Shown one piece after another: positions 58,205-64,000 of a stretch of DNA of 64,000 nt. Under the pieces are notes generated by a model that was given only the letters and a program-made list of their open reading frames with translations, had not been told where the DNA came from and did not search any database. The stretch's first letter is position 1; each line of letters starts with the position of its first letter. The stretch comes from Pseudomonadota bacterium (GTDB lineage Bacteria; Myxococcota_A; Polyangia; Polyangiales; JAFGIB01): NCBI GenBank assembly GCA_017881185.1, contig JADGRE010000003.1, forward strand, positions 344 to 64,343, in the 5' to 3' direction. Made by a program: the position numbers and the translations under genes.

Positions 58205-58957
58205 ATGCAGACCAGACTCGACGGCCGTGGCGCCGACGCACTACGCAAAGTCAGCATCGAGACCCGCATCCAGAAGAACCCCGAAGGCTCGGTGCTCTAC
58301 ACCTGCGGCGGAACCAAGGTGCTCATCTCCGCCACGGTGGAAGAAGGCGTACAAGACTTCCTGAAGGGCTCCGGCAAGGGCTGGGTCACGGCGGAGTACG
58401 CCATGCACCCGCGCGCCAATCCCAATCGTCAGCGCCGCGAAGGCATCCGCGGTGCGGTGAGCGGCCGCACGCAGGAGATCCAGCGCTTGATCGGTCGTGC
58501 CCTGCGCGCCGCCGTGCGCAACGAGAAGCTCGGCGAGCGCACCATCACGCTCGACTGCGATGTGCTCGACGCCGACGGTGGCACGCGCACGGCGTCCATC
58601 ACCGGCGGCTACGTGGCGCTGGTCATGGCGCTCGACAACCTGCGCAAGCGTGGACTCGTCTCGCCCGGCGTGCTGCGCGAGCCGGTCGCCGCAGTGAGCG
58701 TGGGCCTGTTCAACGGCAACGCCGTGCTCGACCTGTGTTACGTCGAAGACCGCGACGCCCAGGTCGATCTGAACCTGGTCGCCACGCGCTCGGGCGCCAT
58801 CGTCGAGGTGCAAGGCACCGCCGAGGGCGCGCCGATGACCCGTGCCGAGCACGACGCCCTGGTCGAGAGCGGTCTCAAGGGCGTGACGCAGCTGACAGAG
58901 ACTCAGAACCAAGCGCTGCACGCGCTCGGTATCGATGTGGCGCGGCTGTATGGCTGA
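58205..58957 (+). CDS. rph: ribonuclease PH
   Basis: Motifs are RLDGRGADALR, GSVLYTCGGTKVL, GRTQEIQRLIGRALR and DCDVLDADGGTRTASITG. Confidence 0.95.
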   Translation: MQTRLDGRGADALRKVSIETRIQKNPEGSVLYTCGGTKVLISATVEEGVQDFLKGSGKGWVTAEYAMHPRANPNRQRREGIRGAVSGRTQEIQRLIGRALRAAVRNEKLGERTITLDCDVLDADGGTRTASITGGYVALVMALDNLRKRGLVSPGVLREPVAAVSVGLFNGNAVLDLCYVEDRDAQVDLNLVATRSGAIVEVQGTAEGAPMTRAEHDALVESGLKGVTQLTETQNQALHALGIDVARLYG

Positions 58958-59588
58958 GCCTGCGCCCGTTTCGCTCCTGCTCGCCACGGGCAACGCCGGC
59001 AAGATCCGCGAGTTTCGCGCACTCTTCGCTGAGCTGCCCGGCCTGTCGCTACTGACGGCGGCGGACCTTGCAGCATTGCCGGAAGTGATCGAAGACGGCG
59101 CGACCTTTGCCGACAACGCCATCAAGAAGGCTGCGCAGATTGCCGAAGCCACGGGCCTGCTCGTGCTCGCCGACGACAGCGGTCTCGAGGTCGACGCGCT
59201 CGGCGGCGAGCCAGGCGTGCACTCCGCGCGCTACGCAGGCCAGCACGGCGCGGATGAAGACAACAACGAAAAGTTGCTACAAGAGCTCGCGCAGGTGCCC
59301 GACCCGCAACGCACGGCCCGCTACCGCGTGGTGCTCGCGCTCGCCGATCTGCGCGGCCCGCTCGGCGCGCGCGTACACGTCGAAGACGGCGTGTGCGAGG
59401 GCAGCATCTTGCGCGTGCGCGCCGGCAGCGGCGGCTTCGGCTACGACCCGCTCTTTGCGCCGCGCGGGTATGCGTGCGCGATGGCGGAGCTTTCGCCGGA
59501 AGCCAAGAACCGCATCAGCCACCGCGCGCTCGCGAGCCAGAAGATGCGCGCGTTCTTGGCAACGTACTTGCCCACGCGGCTGGGTTGA
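58950..59588 (+). CDS. rdgB: dITP/XTP pyrophosphatase (RdgB/HAM1 family)
   Basis: Motifs are LLLATGNAGKIREF, ADDSGLEVDALGGEPGVHSARY, GFGYDPLF and ISHRA. ATG 58950 overlaps rph by 8 bp. Confidence 0.9.
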   Translation: MAEPAPVSLLLATGNAGKIREFRALFAELPGLSLLTAADLAALPEVIEDGATFADNAIKKAAQIAEATGLLVLADDSGLEVDALGGEPGVHSARYAGQHGADEDNNEKLLQELAQVPDPQRTARYRVVLALADLRGPLGARVHVEDGVCEGSILRVRAGSGGFGYDPLFAPRGYACAMAELSPEAKNRISHRALASQKMRAFLATYLPTRLG

Positions 59589-59745
59589 CCTCGCTGCGCT
59601 CGCCGAGTGCCGGTAGCGGCCCCGAATCTTTGTCGAAGCTGGGCACGTGCGTCGCAGCGAACCACGCCGCCGCGACCGTCACCAGCGCGAGCGGCGCCGC
59701 AGCGCCCGGGATGAGCGCGAACTTCGGAATGATCGACCGGAATGA

Positions 59746-59856
59746 CAGTCGGCCGTCTGGTACTTCATCGGCGGCTCGATGCACGCCGACGTGGTCGACT
59801 ACGACGAACTGCACACCGGCAAGCGACGCGAGGCGCAGTTCAGCGCGCTGTGGTCG
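59746..59856 (+). pseudogene. relic fragment of an MFS/GPH-family (MFS_2) transporter gene
   Basis: The frame after the TGA at 59743 reads QSAVWYFIGGSMHADVVDYDELHTGKRREAQFSALWS. This matches the conserved (A)D(V)xDY(D/G)E..TG.RREG..F loop motif of GPH-type symporters. It is only ~37 aa, with no start codon and no membrane domains on either side. Confidence 0.4.
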
Positions 59857-60042
59857 ACGCTATGCTGCGTCATCGCCCCAAGTCTCCGGGTAATCACTTT
59901 CACTATCTTGCCAGTCGAAAATCAGGGCCGCCGCAACGTCCTACGCAAGGGTCGGTCGTGGCTGTCGCGTCGCCCCGCGCAGCAGGTGCTTTTGCGCACG
60001 AAAACGGCTAGATCCGCCACTTCGCATGAACGGAGGCCCGAC

Positions 60043-60807
60043 ATGGAGCTCGAAGGCAAAGCAGCGATCGTCACAGGCGCAGGCACCGGGGTAGGGCGCG
60101 CCACTGCGTTACGGCTCGCGAAGCAAGGTTGCACGGTGCTCGTGAACTACAGCCGCTCCAAAGACGCGGCCGAGCGCGTCGCCGCCGAGGCTCGCAGTCT
60201 CGGCGTGAAGGCCATCGCCGTGCGCGCGGACGTTGCAGTTGACGAAGATTGCCGCAGCATGGTCAAGGTCGCTCTCGCCGAGCTCGGTCGCCTCGACGTC
60301 TTGATCAACAACGCCGGCACCACCCGCTTCATCAACCACGCCGACCTCGACGCCGTCACTTTGGACGACTGGGACAACATCATGGGCGTGAACCTTCGCG
60401 GTCCCTTCCAGTGCACGCGCGCTGCACGTGCCGCGCTCGAAGCCCACGGCCAAGGCTGCATCGTGAACGTCTCGTCCATCGGTGGCCTGCGCGCCATCGG
60501 CAGCTCCATCCCGTACTGCGCGTCCAAGGGTGCGCTCAACACGCTGACCCTCGCGCTCGCCCGCGCGCTCGCGCCGAAGATCCGCGTCAACGCCGTCGCG
60601 CCGGGCTTCATCGCCGGCGAGTGGCTGCAGCAAGGCCTCGGCGAAGCGTACGAAGCCGTGAAGACGTTCTGGGAAGGCCGCGCCGTGCTCGGCAAGGTCT
60701 GCGAGGCCGATGACGTCGCTGCCGCGGTGCTATCGCTCATCACCGGCTCGGAGCTCGTGACAGGGCAGATCCTTCCGGTGGAGGGTGGCGCGCATTTGGC
60801 GATGTGA
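60043..60807 (+). CDS. short-chain dehydrogenase/reductase (FabG-like SDR)
   Basis: GGAGG lies 6 nt upstream of ATG 60043. Motifs are TGAGTGVGRA (cofactor), NNAG, and the catalytic S...YCASKGA (YxxxK). Confidence 0.9.
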   Translation: MELEGKAAIVTGAGTGVGRATALRLAKQGCTVLVNYSRSKDAAERVAAEARSLGVKAIAVRADVAVDEDCRSMVKVALAELGRLDVLINNAGTTRFINHADLDAVTLDDWDNIMGVNLRGPFQCTRAARAALEAHGQGCIVNVSSIGGLRAIGSSIPYCASKGALNTLTLALARALAPKIRVNAVAPGFIAGEWLQQGLGEAYEAVKTFWEGRAVLGKVCEADDVAAAVLSLITGSELVTGQILPVEGGAHLAM

Positions 60808-61135
60808 GCGGCTGGATGCTGACCTAAGGGCGTCTTTCAAGCAGAGACTCTCTACGCTTCGCCGACTCCCTTGCAGTCGTTGCACCTGACTCTCGTGCCG
60901 AGCAACGCGACGTGGGGCGCCCGCCTGCGCGCAACTCTCGTGCGCCGCCGAAAATCCTGGCTGCCAGTGGCGACTCCAGTGAGCCCTTTGCTTGCACTGA
61001 CGTGCACGCCATGGGGCCGCCTCAGGTCATGCGTTGGCGCGGCATGAGGATTGCAGTGGTGGGGTTCGCAAACGTGAGCTTGTGCCGGGGTGTGCCGCTC
61101 ACGTCGCCGTGAAAATCCGAAAAGGAGAGCTCGTG

Positions 61136-63838
61136 ATGCAAGATCGTCGCAGTGACCGCCGCAATTCGCTATCGCAGCCAGACGTTGGGACCAGTCGCAC
61201 CAGATCCCGAGCAAAGACTCAGTGGCGCGGTAGTGCAATCGTAGTCGAAGTGCTTACGCTGACGGCAATGTTGCCAATTGCGGGCTGCTGGAGCGGCAGC
61301 GATGCTGCTGTCGATCCGCATAGCGCGCCGCTATTGGCGGCGTTGATGGCGGACGGACAGCTTCCCAAGACCATGCAGTCGGGGTCCATGCCCGTCGCGC
61401 CACCGCGATTCTGCGGCGCTGGCTTCCCGGGGACCGACGCGGGTGTGATGACGCCACCGAGCCCAAGCCCTGCGCCATTTCCCAACGGCCGCGGTGGGGT
61501 GGGTGCAGCCGGAAGCAGCTCAGGCCTCGGCAGTGGTATGGCTGGCGTAGGCAGCGCGGCCAGCGCCGGCAGCGGGGGGAAGGGCTCAGCGGGCGTCGGC
61601 GTTGTTGCGATCGACGCCGGCGCCGCCGCTGGCAGCGGTGCCGCCGGAATGTCTGCTGGAACGGGTTCCGCTGGAGTGTCTGCCGCCGGCACGGGCGCTG
61701 GCGGGATGTCTGCTGGAACGGGCGGTGGTGGGCAGCCGGATCCTTCGTGCGCAAGCGTGCCGATCGGCTTCTGGCGCTTCGACGACTGCAATCAGTCGCG
61801 CACCGACCTCAGCGATTCGTCACCGCAGGGCCACCCGGCCTTCCGCAACGTAGATCTCCGCTGCGTGGACACGCAGCAAGGCCTGGGGGCTTCGATCGCC
61901 GCCACGGAAGACTTGGTCTATGCGCCGGACCAGCCAGACTTCGTCCTCGATCAGGGAGTGACCGTCGCAGCTTGGGTCAAGCCCACGCGCGTGGATGTAA
62001 CGTCGACCATCTTCCGCAAGCGCGACGACGCCGACAGTGCGTTCGCATTGGTGGTCAACGGCAAGAAGTTTCAGTTCGTAGTCAAGCTGACCTCCGGAAA
62101 GCTCGCGAGCGTGTCTGCGTCGGCTCAAGCGGGCGTGTGGACCCACGTGGCCGCGACCTACGACGGCACGTTCCTGCGTCTGTACAAGAATGGTAGCGAG
62201 GTGAGTCGCAGCAGAGCGGTCGGCCAACTCGTCCGCGGGGCCGGTCCATTGCTGATGGGCAACGACATCAACGAACGTCGCCTGCGCGGTGTTATGGACG
62301 ACGCCTGGTTCAACACCATGGCTGCGCCCGATGCAACCATCATGCAGCTGACGTGCTTGCCAGCGGATCCGACGATCAAGGTTTCTCCGGCGGTGAGTCC
62401 GGCGGTTTCGGCCGGAACCTCCGTGAGCTTTCAGCTCACGATGACCAACAACAACAGCGCAAGCTGCCCACCGGCGAGCTTCGCAAGCTTCGTGAACGCC
62501 CCTCAAGAATTCAGTGTCAACCCAGGGTTTGCGCAAACGGCGCCGATTGCGAGTGGGGCGTCCGACAGCTTGTCATTCGACGTCGCGAGCAGTGACATCA
62601 CTGACGCGGGCAGCTACGCGCTGCTCTTCCAGGTCTTCTCCTTCGACAATGCGTTCAAGAACCTCCTGCAAGCCACGGCCCAGTACGTCGTGGCAGAACC
62701 GACCGGCTGTCATGTCAGCAGCAATCGCGAACTCACCATCCGAGACCTGAGCGTGGTGGACGACCCGCTGCGTACCTCGCTCGCCGGGCCTGCCAACGAC
62801 GCCAGGACCGGCGCCTGGAGCTTCAGCCGCATGATGGAGCGCCTCTCGCCAACACCGGCCGATGCTCCGGACGTCACCGAGGCCATGTTCCGGACCTTCC
62901 TCACGCCTCAAAACGTCAACGGCTTCTCCATCCCGGAACGGCCGGCGATGGATTCTCTCGTGCTTCAGCCCTGGCCGCGCACGTCGAACGGCAAGCTGGA
63001 TCTCGCGCAAGCCCCGCTACGCTTGCTGGCCATCGTCGATCGCCTCGATCTGGCCGACCTCGGCACTGGCAAAGCCGGTGAGGCGCGCATGGTGTACGGC
63101 GTGCTCGACAGCAGCGGCAGTCCCATGGATTTCACCGTCATCCTCGAGTACGCGCTGCCGGGCAGCAATGCCGCACAGTTCCGCGTTTGGGCCGACGCCT
63201 TTCACGCGCTGCAAGCCTTGCCGTTTCCGTCGGAAGCCTACAACGCAGCGCTGCAGGCGCTCACCGACAAGATCACCCGACACGGCGCGCTCCCAGGTGC
63301 GCCGAACGACAGCGCGCTGATCGACATCCGCACCAACGAGATCGCGTTGTCATTCCAGTTTCAGTGGCAGCTGCGCGAGTTCCACCTGTCGCCGACCACT
63401 GGCTTCATGGAGCCTGCGACCCTGTTCCTCACACCAGATTCGTCGTTCGACTTCAGCGACAGGCTTGCGCGCTTCATCAACGCCAACGAGGCAAGCATCC
63501 TGACCGAGACGCACGTCGTGCCGCCATCCTTCGACGGCGCGCCGTTCCAAGCCGCATCCGTCTTCAACAACTTCGATTTCTGGGATGCGCCGGGCATCAA
63601 CAACCCGGAGGCGCGTCACAAGTTCTCGCTCAACACCTGCAACGGCTGTCACGGCGCCGAGACGCAGACGGCCTTCTTGCAGATCAGCCCGCGCGCGGCG
63701 GGCCAGGTGAGCACGCTGTCGGGCTTCCTGACCGGCACGACGGTCTCCGATCCGGTGACCGGGCAACCACGCCAACTTGCCGAGCTCAAGCGCCGACGCC
63801 TGTTGCTAGAAAGCGTGGTGTGTAGCACGCAGCCCTGA
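61136..63838 (+). CDS. large lipoprotein: G/A/S-rich tether, LamG (concanavalin-like) domain, unknown C-terminal domain ending with a CXXCH motif
   Basis: AAAGGAGAG lies 6 nt upstream of GTG 61133 / ATG 61136. The lipobox is LPIAGC|WSG. The LamG-like block is VTVAAWVKPTRV...FALVVNGKKFQFVV...WTHVAATYDGTFLRLYKNG...LLMGND. CNGCH is encoded at 63638-63652. Confidence 0.8.
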   Translation: MQDRRSDRRNSLSQPDVGTSRTRSRAKTQWRGSAIVVEVLTLTAMLPIAGCWSGSDAAVDPHSAPLLAALMADGQLPKTMQSGSMPVAPPRFCGAGFPGTDAGVMTPPSPSPAPFPNGRGGVGAAGSSSGLGSGMAGVGSAASAGSGGKGSAGVGVVAIDAGAAAGSGAAGMSAGTGSAGVSAAGTGAGGMSAGTGGGGQPDPSCASVPIGFWRFDDCNQSRTDLSDSSPQGHPAFRNVDLRCVDTQQGLGASIAATEDLVYAPDQPDFVLDQGVTVAAWVKPTRVDVTSTIFRKRDDADSAFALVVNGKKFQFVVKLTSGKLASVSASAQAGVWTHVAATYDGTFLRLYKNGSEVSRSRAVGQLVRGAGPLLMGNDINERRLRGVMDDAWFNTMAAPDATIMQLTCLPADPTIKVSPAVSPAVSAGTSVSFQLTMTNNNSASCPPASFASFVNAPQEFSVNPGFAQTAPIASGASDSLSFDVASSDITDAGSYALLFQVFSFDNAFKNLLQATAQYVVAEPTGCHVSSNRELTIRDLSVVDDPLRTSLAGPANDARTGAWSFSRMMERLSPTPADAPDVTEAMFRTFLTPQNVNGFSIPERPAMDSLVLQPWPRTSNGKLDLAQAPLRLLAIVDRLDLADLGTGKAGEARMVYGVLDSSGSPMDFTVILEYALPGSNAAQFRVWADAFHALQALPFPSEAYNAALQALTDKITRHGALPGAPNDSALIDIRTNEIALSFQFQWQLREFHLSPTTGFMEPATLFLTPDSSFDFSDRLARFINANEASILTETHVVPPSFDGAPFQAASVFNNFDFWDAPGINNPEARHKFSLNTCNGCHGAETQTAFLQISPRAAGQVSTLSGFLTGTTVSDPVTGQPRQLAELKRRRLLLESVVCSTQP

Positions 63839-63855
63839 GCAGGCAGCGTGATGCG

Positions 63856-63903
63856 AAGGCATCGGGCCGACTTGCAGCGCACTGCGAGTCGGCCCGATGT
63901 CTT
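63856..63903 (+). terminator. candidate intrinsic terminator hairpin after the LamG lipoprotein gene
   Basis: CATCGGGCCGACT (63860-63872) is the exact reverse complement of AGTCGGCCCGATG (63887-63899). The stem extends with G-U pairs to about 22 bp around a CGCA loop. It is followed by a U-containing tract (UGUCUUGU) and begins 18 nt after the stop codon. Confidence 0.5.
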
Positions 63904-64000
63904 GTCCGAGCGCGGCAACGCGCCAACTGGCCACGGCGGCGAGCGCACAGACGCTGCCGGTGCAGTCGCTGGCTCGCGCCGGTGCCCAAGCTCCATGTCC

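Noticed and set aside
61072-61104. An 8-bp inverted repeat ACGTGAGC...GCTCACGT with an internal TGTGCCG direct repeat, upstream of the LamG lipoprotein gene.
   Set aside because: This is a plausible operator, but it is short. At this GC content 8-bp palindromes are expected by chance, and there is no supporting second copy.

Overview
This is a 64-kb, very GC-rich (about 70% by eye, not computed) bacterial chromosome segment. Its content and style suggest a myxobacterium (Myxococcota), but that call is inference only. The cues are many Cys-rich lipoproteins with Gly/Ala-rich tethers, a Che-like signalling operon, an FHA-GGDEF protein, an ECF sigma/anti-sigma pair, a lone FHIPEP homologue, frequent GTG/TTG starts, and pervasive 4-8 bp stop/start overlaps. 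I support about 52 protein-coding genes. I recognised no rRNA, tRNA, CRISPR, transposase, integrase or phage genes. The housekeeping backbone is a Hcy-methyltransferase/MTHFR fusion, speB, recO, trpFBA, recN, alaS, dnaX-ybaB-recR, pyrG and rph-rdgB. Five things deserve a second look. (i) A 9-gene translationally coupled chemosensory operon has CheA, two CheW, CheR, CheB, two CheY, a 671-aa HEAT-repeat protein and a coiled-coil/GAF protein, but no MCP. (ii) A 4-gene operon encodes a secreted caspase-like (C14) protease with a putative C-terminal beta-barrel, a Cys-rich lipoprotein, an ECF sigma and a zf-HC2 anti-sigma. (iii) An orphan FHIPEP (SctV/FlhA-type) gene sits 6 bp downstream of recR. 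(iv) A B-box/DUF4129/DUF4350/MoxR/DUF58 operon is bracketed by two paralogous Cys-module lipoproteins. It is preceded by a symmetric 160-bp element with 26-bp perfect inverted repeats, a concentric AT-rich palindrome and an SD-led uORF ending in TAGTG. (v) Several perfect inverted or tandem repeats lie in intergenic regions. All domain calls come from reading motifs in the supplied translations, with no database search, so family names are hypotheses of varying strength. None of the findings is demonstrably a new system from sequence alone.
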